Shown: piece by piece, positions 47,512 to 57,999 of the stretch
Position numbering within the stretch: position 1 is the first letter of the stretch
Layout of the letters: the number at the start of each line of letters is the position of its first letter
Assembly (NCBI GenBank): GCA_963725325.1
Contig: CAVRYF010000001.1
Coordinates: 171,723 to 235,722 of the forward strand
Length of the DNA: 64,000 bases
Source: an uncultured Acidobacteriota bacterium
Lineage (GTDB): Bacteria; Acidobacteriota; Vicinamibacteria; Vicinamibacterales; 2-12-FULL-66-21
Direction: 5' to 3'
Notes under the pieces: generated by a model
The model's database searches: none
What the model was told of the DNA's origin: nothing
What the model saw: the letters and a program-made list of their open reading frames with translations, nothing else
Translations under genes and position numbers: made by a program

Positions 47512-49621
47512 CTAGCTTCGTGGTTGTGACGTCTGCCGGCCCTTACCGACGACGCCGAGCTTCCTCATGCGGCTGCGCAGAGTGTTCGGATTGAGATTGA
47601 GGATTCTTGCGGCGCCCTCGGGCCCTTCGATGACACCCTTGGTCTGTTTGAGGACGGACTCGATGTGTTGGCGTTCGGCGTCCCTCATGGACAAGGGCTG
47701 ACCGTCGTGAATCGACGTTTCCGGCACAGCGGGAGCGTCCATGTGATCGATCGACAGGAGTTCGGCGTCGACGGTCAACACGGGGCCGGTCGCCAGAACG
47801 ACGGCGCGCTCGACAATGTTCTGGAGCTCACGCACGTTGCCGGGCCACCGATATTGCATTAGCAGGTCCATCGTGTCCTTAGACACGCCATCAATCTTTC
47901 GCCCAAATTTCTTGGCGAAGCGCGAGACAAAGTACGACACGAGCGGCGGAATGTCCTCAGGCCGTTTTCGAAGGGGTGGCACGATCAATGGGACGACGTT
48001 CAGGCGGAAGAAAAGATCGGAGCGAAAGCGGCCCAAACGGACTTCTTCGGTCAGGTCACGATTCGTGGCGGCGATGATCCGGACATCCACCCGGAGTGTC
48101 TTGCTGCTGCCAACCGGCTCGAATTCCTGCTCCTGCAGTACGCGGAGCAGCTTGACCTGGGTGTCGAGGGTCAGCTCGCTGATCTCGTCGAGAAACAGTG
48201 TCCCGCCGTCCGCCAGCTCGAAACGACCGACGCGGCGCTCGATCGCACCCGTGAACGCGCCCTTCATGTGGCCGAACAGCTCGCTTTCGATCAGACTCGC
48301 GGGAACCGCGCCGCAGTTCACCTTGACCAGCGGCCGATGCTTGCGGGCGCTGCGGCTGTGCAAGGCGCGGGCAATCAGCTCCTTGCCCGTTCCCGTTTCA
48401 CCCGTCACGAGGACGGTGGCGTCGGTACCGGCTACGCGCTCGACTTTCTGCAAGACCGCCACGAGCGCGGGGCCCTGGCCCACCATCTCGTCGAACCCAT
48501 GTTCTGTCCTGATTTCTTCCTGCAGGTACACGTTCTCGGCCTGCAGGCGGTTCTTCAACGTCTCCACCTGGGCGAGCGCCTCGCGGAGTTTCTCTTCCGC
48601 ATGTTCCCGTTCCAATTCGACACCGGCGCGCGTCGCAAAGGTCTGCAGAACCGAGATCCAGAGTGGATCCTCGGACATCGGCTTGTCGTCGACGAGGACC
48701 ATATGGCCGATGACGCGGCGGGACGAGTCCCAGAGCGGCACGCCCAGGAAACTCTCGGCGTTCAGCTGTGCGAGCAATTCAATGTGCGGGAAGTACTGGC
48801 GCACGTTGTGCGAGTAGAGGCAGGTCTGGCCCGTGGTGACCTTCATGCACGGTGTGTCCCTCACGTCGTATTCGAAGGTCGGCCGAAAGCCATCCATCCA
48901 CAATGCGCGTGTGCGCGCGCGTTCGTGGTCGAGGCACTCGGCGACATACACTCGGCGCACCTTGAGCGCGCGAGCGAGGTGCTCGACGAGCGACGTGAAG
49001 AACCTGGTCCCGGTCACGGCCGCCGTGCCTTGCGTGATCGCGTGCAGCAGTTCCTCGGCTGGCCGCGTCGCGACTTCACGCAACGTCGCTCGACGAAGCT
49101 CCAGCAGATGCACGGTGTGCCTGGCGAGGGCGCGGAGCCCCTGGAGTTGTGACGCGCTCAGCTCTCGCGGCACGCGGTCCATGACGCAGATCATTCCGAG
49201 GGAGTGGCCGTCGCGAGTTGTGATCGGCGCGCCAGCGCAAAACCGTATGTGTGTCTCCGTCACGAGCGGATTGCCGGCGAAGCGCGCGTCGGTCGGAGGC
49301 GTCAGTCACGACGAAGACATCGGACTGCAGGATGGCGTGCGCGCTGAAGGAGATCTCTCGCGGTGCGGCATCGATCGAAATGCCTATCCGCGCCTTGAAC
49401 CACTCCCGCTCGCTGGCGACGAAGCTGATCAGTGCGACCGGCGCACCGCAGAGATGAGCCGCAAGCGTCGCGAGATCGTCGAACGGTACCTCGGGCGGCG
49501 TATCGAGAATGTCATACCGCCTGAGCGCAACGAGGCGGGCTGATTCGTCTCGATCCTTGGCGCCGACCTTCGGGATCATCGGGTCCGCAGAGCCTCCCGT
49601 TTCAGTCCCGTTCATCTCCAT
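47512..49621 (-). CDS. Sigma54-dependent transcriptional activator (GAF-GAF-AAA+-Fis HTH), one frameshift near 49290
   Basis: [19 protein letters not shown]...[15 protein letters not shown]...[21 protein letters not shown]. The N-terminal GAF domain ([25 protein letters not shown]...VVTDASD) is in ORF 49076..49621. The frames join at gac-c-gac (DASD|[17 protein letters not shown]). Confidence 0.8.
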
Positions 49622-49915
49622 CCGTCAGCGTATCAAAGCGCTCGCAGACCAGCAATGACGCTCACCTGGAATATTCGATGGCGGGTGCAGCTCTTATGGG
49701 CAGTGCAGGCCTCGCGTCGGCCGGGCGACGCTGTTCGACCGGGTGTGGTCTAGATCGCGCACGGAATATTTCTCGTGGTCACGACCTTTATTCTGGTGAC
49801 CGAGGCGCACGACGAGTCGCCTTGGCAAACGCGCTGACGATACTGAAACACCAAGTGATGCCTGACCGGGGATTCTGCCCGCTCCCCGGTCACCATCCTT
49901 CAACGAGCGGCTCCG

Positions 49916-50881
49916 ATGCTGATCAAACGAGCGGCGGACATTCGCAGTTCCGAAATCACCGACAAGCGGCTGTATTACAGCCGTCGTGAGTTCCTCCAGA
50001 CGGCGACGGGGACTGTCGCGGTGGCTGCCGCCGGCCTGGTTGGCGGCGAGGCGCTGCTCGACGCCGAGACGCCCGCTCCCCACGGGCGGAAGCTCGATCA
50101 CATCGCGAAGAGCCCGCTCAGCACAAACGAGAGGCCGAACACCTGGGAACAGATCACCACCTACAACAACTATTACGAGTTCGGCACCAGTCACGATTCG
50201 GCGTCGATGTACGCGCGGAGCTTGAGGCCCGAACCGTGGACGATCACGGTTGATGGCGAATGCACCAGGAAAGGCACGATGAACCTCGAGGACGTCCTGA
50301 AGGGGAAAACACTCGAGGAACGCATCTACCGCCACCGCTGCGTCGAGCGATGGTCGATGGTCATCCCGTGGATCGGCTTCCCACTCGCGGACTTCATCAA
50401 GCAATGCGAGCCCACGTCGAAAGCGAAATACGTGGAGTTCACGACGCTCAACGATCCCAAGCAGATGCCCGGCGTCCGCTCCTCCGTGTTGCGGTGGCCG
50501 TACACCGAGGGGTTGCGCCTGGACGAGGCGATGCACCCGCTCGCGCTTTTCGTCGTCGGCCTGTACGGGGAGGTGCTGCCCAATCAGGACGGCGCGCCGT
50601 TGCGTCTCGCCGTGCCGTGGAAGTACGGCTTCAAGCACATCAAGTCGATCGTCAAGGTGAGATTCGTCGAGAAGCAGCCGCTGAATTCCTGGCAGGAGTA
50701 CGCGGCGAACGAATACGGCTTCTACGCCAATGTGAACCCGAGCGTCGACCATCCGCGCTGGAGCCAAGCGCAGGAACGACGCATCGGCGAGTTCCTGATG
50801 CGGAAGACGCTCATGTTCAACGGCTATGGCGATCAGGTGGCGAGCCTGTACGCAGGCATGGACCTGCGCCGAAACTACTGA
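49916..50881 (+). CDS. msrP: Protein-methionine-sulfoxide reductase catalytic subunit MsrP (YedY)
   Basis: [14 protein letters not shown] (Tat)...[10 protein letters not shown]...[20 protein letters not shown]...[22 protein letters not shown]. Confidence 0.9.
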   Translation: MLIKRAADIRSSEITDKRLYYSRREFLQTATGTVAVAAAGLVGGEALLDAETPAPHGRKLDHIAKSPLSTNERPNTWEQITTYNNYYEFGTSHDSASMYARSLRPEPWTITVDGECTRKGTMNLEDVLKGKTLEERIYRHRCVERWSMVIPWIGFPLADFIKQCEPTSKAKYVEFTTLNDPKQMPGVRSSVLRWPYTEGLRLDEAMHPLALFVVGLYGEVLPNQDGAPLRLAVPWKYGFKHIKSIVKVRFVEKQPLNSWQEYAANEYGFYANVNPSVDHPRWSQAQERRIGEFLMRKTLMFNGYGDQVASLYAGMDLRRNY

Positions 50882-50884
50882 GCC

Positions 50885-51589
50885 ATGTCAGACCGCACCG
50901 TTCGCACCGTTCTCAAGCCCCTCGCCTTTCTCGCCTCGCTCGGACCGGCTGCGTGGCTGGTGTGGGCGGCGCTTACCGGCAACCTGAGTCCCAACCCGCT
51001 CGGCGATCTGACGAATGAAACCGGTGTCTGGACTCTGCGTTTTCTCTGCATCACGCTCGCGATCACGCCGCTCCGGCGGATCAGCGGCTGGAATCTTTGG
51101 ATCAGATTCCGGCGCATGGCAGGGCTGTTCGCGTTCTTCTACGGCACGCTGCACCTGCTTACGTACGTCATCGCCGATCGTTTGGCCGGCCTCGAGTTTC
51201 AGAACGCGGTCGTCGCCTGGACGACACTCACCGGCCTTGCGAGCGCCGTATGGGACGACATCTCCAAGAGACCGTACATCACAGCCGGATTCACAGCATG
51301 GGCGACGATGGTGCCCCTCACGATCACGTCAACAGCCGGCATGATTCGTCGGCTCGGTGGGAAGCGCTGGACGCGGTTGCACACGGTCGTCTACGCCACT
51401 GCGGCCCTTGGTGCTGTGCACTACTGGTGGTTGGTGAAAGCGGATGTCCGCAGGCCGCTGGCCTACGCCGCTGTCATCGCGCTACTGCTCACCTTCCGCG
51501 TGTACTGGAAATGGGCGCACGCCGTCCCGGCCGCCGTCCAACGCGCACCGTTGGCGCAATCGGCGACCGGCGCTCGGAAGGCGTCGTGA
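50885..51589 (+). CDS. msrQ: MsrQ (YedZ) heme-binding membrane subunit
   Basis: A multi-TM ferric-reductase-like protein immediately after msrP. LRFLCITLAITPLRRISGW...FFYGTLHLLTYV...HYWWLVKAD. Confidence 0.85.
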   Translation: MSDRTVRTVLKPLAFLASLGPAAWLVWAALTGNLSPNPLGDLTNETGVWTLRFLCITLAITPLRRISGWNLWIRFRRMAGLFAFFYGTLHLLTYVIADRLAGLEFQNAVVAWTTLTGLASAVWDDISKRPYITAGFTAWATMVPLTITSTAGMIRRLGGKRWTRLHTVVYATAALGAVHYWWLVKADVRRPLAYAAVIALLLTFRVYWKWAHAVPAAVQRAPLAQSATGARKAS

Positions 51590-51716
51590 GGCCGCTCGCT
51601 GATTCCCGTTGAAGGCCTCCCTCTACCTTTCCTCTCATGAATCCCGTTTCATCATCGGCACCGACCTGGTGATTGACGGCGGACGGATCCAACTTTAGTG
51701 ATCGAAGGAGCCGACT

Positions 51717-52809
51717 GTGACACTGACAGCGAACAGTGCAGATCTCTACACTCCGTATTCCCTCGGATCTCTTCGCCTCCCGAATCGCTTCGTCATGGCA
51801 CCGATGACGCGGAATCGCGCGGGGACGGGCAACGTGCCAACCGCGGTCGTCGCTCGCTACTATGAGCAGCGCGCCTCGGCGGGCCTCCTGGTGACCGAGG
51901 CAACGCAGGTCGCTCCGGAGGGTGTGGGATATCCCAACACTCCCGGCATCCACAGCATCGAGCAGGTGGCCGGCTGGCGACGCGTCACTGACGCGATCCA
52001 CCGGGCGGGCGGACGAATCTGTTCTCCAGCTCTGGCACGTAGGCCGTATCTCGCATCGACTCTTTCAACCGGGCGGCCGCTTACCGGTTGCCCCGTCCGC
52101 CGTAGCGCCGGCGGGTCAGGTGTACACCGTGAAAGGGATGATGCCGTTCGAGACTCCGCGCGCTCTGACGTCCGACGAGATCCCGGGAATCGTCGAGCAG
52201 TTCCGCCTCGGAGCCGCCAACGCTCTGAAGGCAGGATTCGACGGAGTCGAGATCCATGCCGCGAATGGGTACTTGCCCGACCAGTTTCTTCGCGATGGAA
52301 CCAACCGACGGACCGACGCGTACGGCGGTTCGGTCCAGAATCGCGCGCGGTTCCTGCTGGACATTGTCCGATCGGTGATCGGTGTCTGGGGTCCCGACCG
52401 CGTTGGCGTTCGACTGTCACCGGGCGGTACGTTTAACGATATGACGGACTCGGACCCGCTGAAAACATTCGGCTATGTGATCGGCGAACTCGACCAGCTG
52501 GGCATCGTGTATGTTCACCTGGTCGAGGCGAGCGAAGACGACATTCGCCACGGCGGCTCGACGGTTCCCACCGATCGTCTGCGCCCGTTGTTCCGACGGA
52601 CGCTGATCGTGAATGGTGGATACGATCGACAGCGTGCCGATGCTGTCATCAGAAGCGGCGTTGCCGATCTGGTCTCATTCGGCAAAGCGTTCCTGGCTAA
52701 CCCGGACCTGCCGCAACGGTTGAAGATCGGCGCAGCCCTCAACGTGCCGGATCCTGACACCTTTTACGGTGGAGGAGAGAAAGGGTACGTCGACTATTCG
52801 GCGTTGTGA
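51717..52809 (+). CDS. Old Yellow Enzyme-family NADH:flavin oxidoreductase, frameshifted at ~52020
   Basis: LRLPNRFVMAPMTRNRA...LLVTEATQV...AIHRAGGRI | (F)LQLWHVGR...GFDGVEIHAANGYLPDQFL...RTDAYGGS. Removing the g in atctGttctccag restores I-F-L-Q. Confidence 0.8.
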
Positions 52810-53222
52810 CCCGAGCAGCTCGATTGCGCGACGTCCGGACGACGAAGTTCTCGCCGTCGCGCGCGCTGGGGGCGGCGGTTACGCACGATACTCGGAGTCC
52901 AAGCTCAGGCGCGACGACAGTCCCAACCCGAGTCAGCAGGACACGAATACAGGTGCGCTCCAGTTCGGTGGCGGCATCAATGTGGGACCTGGTCGTGGCT
53001 TGGCTTCCGGGGCGAGATCCGCGACGTCCACACGGGTGCCCGCCGCTTCTCGATTCCCACCCCCGGCCCGCCCGTCCAGAATGTGGTGGCATCGGCGGTT
53101 TATCGTTGGAGTTTTGATCCCGCGCTTTCCGAGGGCCTATTTTTGATAGACATGGCACAGACAATCCCTCTCGGAATAAAGGACAGTACGCCGGGTATTA
53201 TCACGACAGAAAGGACCATTCC

Positions 53223-54305
53223 GTGATGTGCCACTCGTGCCGCCGCGCACCAGGCGTTTTCGTTCTCGCTCTTGCCCTGCTCGCCATCGGCGCCGGTCAG
53301 GCTCCTCCCCAGTCCGGCAATCCGGCCGCGAAGGTGGACGTGGAACGCGTGGGCCCGCAGGTCGGTACGGGATTGCCCGATTTCAGCCTTCGCGATCAGC
53401 ATGGCGACGTTCATTCCATGAAGTCGCTGCTGGGCCCGAAGGGCGCGCTGATCGTCTTTTTCCGCTCGGCCGATTGGTGACCGTACTGCAAGACGCAGCT
53501 CGTGGAGCTGCAAGGCCGTCTCACGGAGATTCGCAAAGCCGGAATGGGCCTCGCGGCGATCAGCTACGACCCTGTGCCGGTGTTGGCCGATTTTTCTGCG
53601 CGGCGTGGCATTACGTTCCCGCTGCTCTCCGACCCGGCGTCGGCGACGATCAAACGGTACGGCCTCCTGAATACAACGATTGATCCCACGAACGCGTTGT
53701 ACGGGTATCCGTTCCCCGGCACATTCCTCGTCGACCGGCAGGGCGTCGTCACGTCTCGAGTCTTCGAGGAGGCCTACCAGGAGCGCGATACGGTCTCGAG
53801 CATCCTGGTGCGACTGGGCCAGCGGGTCGACGTGCACGCGACGACAATCGCAGGCGCCCATGTGACGGTGACGTCCTACGCGACCGACGACGTCGCCGCG
53901 CAAGGCACCCATTTCTCGCTCGTGCTGGATGTCACACCTGGACCGCGGGTGCATGTCTATGCGCCGGGCGCGAGCGACTACAAGTCGGTCGCGATCAGCG
54001 TGCAGCCACGACCCGGCCTCGTCGTGAAAGCGCCGCGGTATCCCAAGTCCGAGGATTACTTCTTCAAACCGCTGAAGGAGCACGTCCCCGTGTACCAACA
54101 CCCGTTTCGGATCGTGCAGGACGTGACGCTCGATCCCTCCCGGGATGGGACCGTGGCGCTGAAAGATGTCACGAGTCTGACGATCACCGGCCGATTCGAC
54201 TATCAGGCCTGCGACGACAAGGTCTGCTTCACGCCGCAATCAGTGCCGCTCACGTGGACCATTGGTGTGAAGCCGCTCGATCGTGAACGCCCGAAGCAGG
54301 ACTGA
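53223..54305 (+). CDS. Secreted redoxin (AhpC/TSA-thioredoxin-like) + DsbD-N-like domain protein with in-frame TGA at the first redox Cys (candidate selenoprotein, U-P-Y-C)
   Basis: ORFs 53223..53480 and 53502..54305 share a frame and are separated only by TGA 53478..53480. Read-through gives LIVFFRSADW-TGA-PYCKTQLVELQ. The C-terminus has FDYQACDDKVCFTPQ. Confidence 0.6.
53495..53511 (+). promoter_or_regulatory. Candidate bacterial SECIS hairpin
   Basis: gcagctc-gtg-gagctgc is a perfect 7-bp stem starting 14 nt after the TGA. Confidence 0.45.
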
Positions 54306-54337
54306 ACAGTCGAGGCATCCAAGAACGGAGGGAGGCC

Positions 54338-54808
54338 ATGTCTGCGGTCGCGTACACCTCGAAGATACGCCTCGAGCGACGCAAGGGACCCTTGCGGATT
54401 GCGCACCTGCCGGGTGAAGCGCAGCCTGTCACGTTCAGTGTTCACGGCGCCATCGCTCAACACTACAAAATCGATCCGTCGAGCCTGACCGAATCGCACG
54501 CCGCGACGATCGACTATGTGATCGCGGCCACGGCCGGTTGAATGCTCGGCACCTTTGGAGGCGCGCTGGAGGCGCGCCAGATCGACGCGAGCGGCGGGCG
54601 CCTGACCGCGGATGTGACCGGCGAAGTGGAAACCGAGGATGGCGTCCTGGTCATTCGCCGGATTCATGTCGCGATGCTGCTGAAAGCACCGGACGTGATG
54701 CGGGCAACCGTCGACCGAGTCCACAGCATGTACCCGATGCGCTGTCCGCTGTACCGCACACTGCACCAGGCCATCGCGCTCTCCTCATCGTTCGAGCTGA
54801 CGTCATGA
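54338..54808 (+). CDS. OsmC/Ohr-family peroxiredoxin-like protein with in-frame TGA at the first conserved Cys (candidate selenoprotein)
   Basis: ORFs 54338..54541 and 54542..54808 are contiguous and in frame. Read-through gives DYVIAATAG-TGA-MLGTFGGALEA...MYPMRCPLYRTL, so the second conserved Cys-Pro is present. Confidence 0.6.
54560..54578 (+). promoter_or_regulatory. Candidate bacterial SECIS hairpin
   Basis: ggcgcgc-tggag-gcgcgcc is a perfect 7-bp stem starting 18 nt after the TGA. Confidence 0.45.
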
Positions 54809-54857
54809 AAGGGGCGCAGGATCCTGGAGTGAGGCGCCGCTGACGACGTTCCTGATC

Positions 54858-55253
54858 GTGGCCTGGACGGCCTGCGAACACGAACGTACCGATATCTATG
54901 CCGCCACGAGCGAAGACGGCGCCGTGCAATTTGGCGCGCCGGTCCGTGTAAACGATGTTGAGGGCGAGGCACACGTGTACGGTGAAGATCCGCCGCGTGT
55001 GGCCATCGTCCCGAGCGCGGCACACTCGCAGGCAGTTCTTCCCGAGACCGTCGTGATCTGGCCGTCCGACCGGACAAAGCACCTCGGGTTGCGATCGGCG
55101 CGCTCGCTCGATGGTGGCCGGACGTTTTTCCCGTCAACGTCGGTCGGTGACGAGGCGATCGCCGCCGAGCGAGGATTCCAGTCTGTGACAGTCGGCCCCG
55201 ATCGAGTCGTGCACGCCGCATGGCTCGATGGCCGACCCGGGTTCGTTGAATAG
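54858..55253 (+). pseudogene. Fragment of a BNR/sialidase-like repeat protein (both ends missing)
   Basis: VAWTACEHERTDIYAATSEDGAVQFGAPVRVND...SARSLDGGRTFF...VHAAWLDGR. There is no signal peptide, and the ORF is bounded by stops. Confidence 0.4.
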
Positions 55254-55308
55254 CGGGACACCAGATCACGCGAACGGTTGATCGCGGTGCTGGTCGAGAC
55301 GTCGACGT

Positions 55309-56800
55309 TCATCGGTCTTGAGGCACTGTTGTGGCTGGCGGACTTGAGCCGTCGGGCTCGTTTGCCTCTTCGTTGCGCGCGGCGCGGCCGAATTGGTGGA
55401 CCCGTTCGGTCAGACTGCCTTTGCGGATGCGCACGGATTCACGGGTGACGTCGCCGATCGCGCCGCCAAGCTCCACGTCGAGCCCAGCCGATTTCGAGAG
55501 GCCAATCTTCTGACTGGCGTAGACGCTGCGGTGCCCGACCATCAGGAAGGCTGTTGAGGCCGCCAACGCCGCATACACACCCTCAGGACCGGGCAACAGT
55601 TCCATGGCCATCACGGCGGCGGCGATTGGCGTGTTCGCAGCAGCGGCGAGCATCGCCACGAGCCCCACGGCACCCAGGAACGTGGTCGGCATGCCGAACA
55701 CGGGCGCCAACGCAGCACCACTGGTGGCGCCCACGAAGAAAATCGGCGTCACGATGCCGCCGCTGCCGCCTGTTTCGAGCGTGATCGAGGTCGCCAGGAT
55801 CTTGAGCAGAAAAGCGCCGGCGAACACGGGCGTCGTCCCCGCCAGCACACCGTTGATCGTGTCAGTCCCGAGACCGGCATAGGCGTCACCGGCCGCCATA
55901 TACAAGAGCACCAAGGCCACGCCGCCCGCGGCCGACAGCAGGTACGGCCGGCGTTCGAAGCGACGCAGTGCGCGCTCGAAGAAACGGAGCGACTCGATGA
56001 GCAGCAACGCGATCAGGCCGAACAGCGCTCCACACACCAGCATGATCAGGATGGTTTTCACCTGGCGCGTATCGGCGAAGGGCTGTCTGCAACGACGGAA
56101 ACGGAGGCCGCACGCCGCAGACGAGATGCGCGACGATGCCGGCCACCAGCGCGGGAAAGATCACCGTGTAATCGATCCGTCCGAGATAGAGCACTTCGAT
56201 CCCGAAGAGCGCTCCGGAGACAGGCGTGCCGAACACCGCCGCGAAACCGGCGCTGATCCCGCAAATCACCAGCCGCCGCCGGTCCTCGTCGCGAAGGCGC
56301 AGGATGTCGGCGAACAGACTCGTCAGGGCGGCGCCAATCTGCGCGGCCGGCCCCTCCTTGCCGACGGAGCCGCCAAACGCCAGCGTTACAACTGTTGCGC
56401 TCAGCTTCACGGGCGCGACGAGCCAATCGACGCGACCGGCCCGCTGGTGCACGGCGGCGATGACCGCCTCCGTGCCGTGGCCGCGCGCATCGGCGGCGAA
56501 CGTGCGAATGATCCAGACGCAGATCGGAAGCGCGACCGGCAGAAAGATGAAGACGGGAACGCGACCGGGCGTGAGCGCACGCGCCCAGTCAGCTGAGCGG
56601 GCGAGAGCCCAGAGAAACACGCGCGTGCCAAGACCGACGCAGATGCCTGCCGCCGCACCGAGCATCGCCCATTTGAGCGTGCTGATGAGCAGCGCCGTAT
56701 GCTCGGTGTACCAGCGAGTCTCGTCGGCGAGACGAGGAGACTCGTCGCGGGAGACCAAGCCGCGGAGCCGAGCCAATCGTTGTCGAAAGGTAGAGGACAT
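55309..56800 (-). CDS. ClC-family voltage-gated chloride channel, frameshift near 56060-56100
   Basis: ATG 56800: MSSTFRQRL...GGSVGKEGPAAQIGAAL...GTPVSGALFGIEV. The sequence continues in ORF 55309..56061 (…TGGSGGIVTPIFFVGATSG…AAVMAMEL). Confidence 0.8.
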
Positions 56801-57020
56801 CCGCTTCGTTAAGCCTATCCGAAGAGCCTCGGAGCAGGCGAAACGACGACGCCGGGGTGGTGCAGACCAAACTCCCGAGCGAGCTTCACGCGCTCGAGGA
56901 ACCACTGCTTTGGGTGGGGACGCGAGGTCATCCCTCACCAGTAGCAGGTTGACAGCGGTCCACGCGACGTGTAACTGTTTTGTTACGCATTTCAACGCGG
57001 GACCGCTCAAAGGAGGGCGC

Positions 57021-57509
57021 ATGACCAACGTTCCAGGCATTCTTGTCGTACGGAGATCCATTCACATTGCAGCATCGCCCGATCAGGTATGGAACGAGTT
57101 CGCCAGCTTCGAGCGGATGACGCAATGGTGGGGCGTGGTGATCGGCGCACCACGTGCGGGCACTCCTAACGGTCAGCGACTCCTGACGTACGAGCCGCGG
57201 CTGGGCGGCCGAATCGAAATGGAGGTGGAGCTGAATGGGTCGCCACTCCGGTACGGAGGAACGATCGTGACGCTGGACCCAGGGCGAGAACTGACCTTTG
57301 AGTGTGACTGGATTCCGAATCGGGGGTGGTTGCTGCCAACGCTTCTCACGATCCGGCTGACGCCCGCGTTGAGCGGCACTCTTGTCGAGTTGCTCCACCA
57401 CGGTTTTGAGCGAACTGGGGTCAGCGGCGCCGCCGACCATGCAGGGTACGAGGGCGGTTGGGGAATGACGCAATTGATGGCTCTGCGAGAGCTGGTGAAG
57501 GCGGCGTGA
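57021..57509 (+). CDS. SRPBCC (AHSA1/START-like) family protein
   Basis: AGGAGG then ATG 57021: MTNVPGILVVRRSIHIAASPDQVWNEFASFERMTQWW. Only the last third of track ORF 56226..57509 is genuine. Confidence 0.7.
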   Translation: MTNVPGILVVRRSIHIAASPDQVWNEFASFERMTQWWGVVIGAPRAGTPNGQRLLTYEPRLGGRIEMEVELNGSPLRYGGTIVTLDPGRELTFECDWIPNRGWLLPTLLTIRLTPALSGTLVELLHHGFERTGVSGAADHAGYEGGWGMTQLMALRELVKAA

Positions 57510-57898
57510 AGAGTAGACACGTCAGCCAAAGCCAAGACGCGTTCAAGGCTCTGTCGGACCCCACGCGTCGGGACATCCTCACGCTCTTGCGAAAGCGCCA
57601 GGATTGCTCGGCTGGAGAAATCGCCGATTCCTTTCCGAACATCAGCCGCCCGGCGGTTTCACGGCACTTGCGCGTGCTTCGAGAAGCAGGGCTTGCAATC
57701 GCAACGGGGATTGGTCGCGAACAGCGCTACACGCTCTCGCTGGCGCGTCTGGCGCGAGTGCATCACGACTGGTTCGCGCAGTTCGACGACGTGTGGGGCG
57801 CATCTCTAGCCGCGCTCAAGGGTCGCGTCGAATCGGCGGTCGCTGGAAGCCGCACGAAAAGGACTTCGGCCGAAAAGGAGAAAAAGCGCCGAGCGTAA
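57506..57898 (+). CDS. ArsR/SmtB-family transcriptional regulator
   Basis: GTG 57506 overlaps the upstream stop (GTGA). FKALSDPTRRDILTLLRKRQDCSAGEIADSFPNISRPAVSRHLRVLREAGL. Confidence 0.8.
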   Translation: MKSRHVSQSQDAFKALSDPTRRDILTLLRKRQDCSAGEIADSFPNISRPAVSRHLRVLREAGLAIATGIGREQRYTLSLARLARVHHDWFAQFDDVWGASLAALKGRVESAVAGSRTKRTSAEKEKKRRA

Positions 57899-57999
57899 CT
57901 CGCGATCTAAATACGACCGCGAAACTCGATGGCCCGTCCTGGCTACGCGGCCGACGATGATCCACGAGGAGGGCAGAACCGCTCGCCCTCCCCGAGTCC

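Noticed and set aside
52850-53115. Possible outer-membrane beta-barrel remnant (…FGGGINV… / …FRGEIRDVHTGARRFSIPTPGPPVQNVVASAVYRWSF…) between the OYE gene and the redoxin gene.
   Set aside because: It is readable only by hopping between frames, and no start or signal peptide is present. It is too fragmentary to call as a feature.
56226-57509. 427-aa ORF as listed in the track.
   Set aside because: Its first ~265 codons are antisense to the ClC channel gene. The genuine SRPBCC gene starts at ATG 57021, which has a good RBS.
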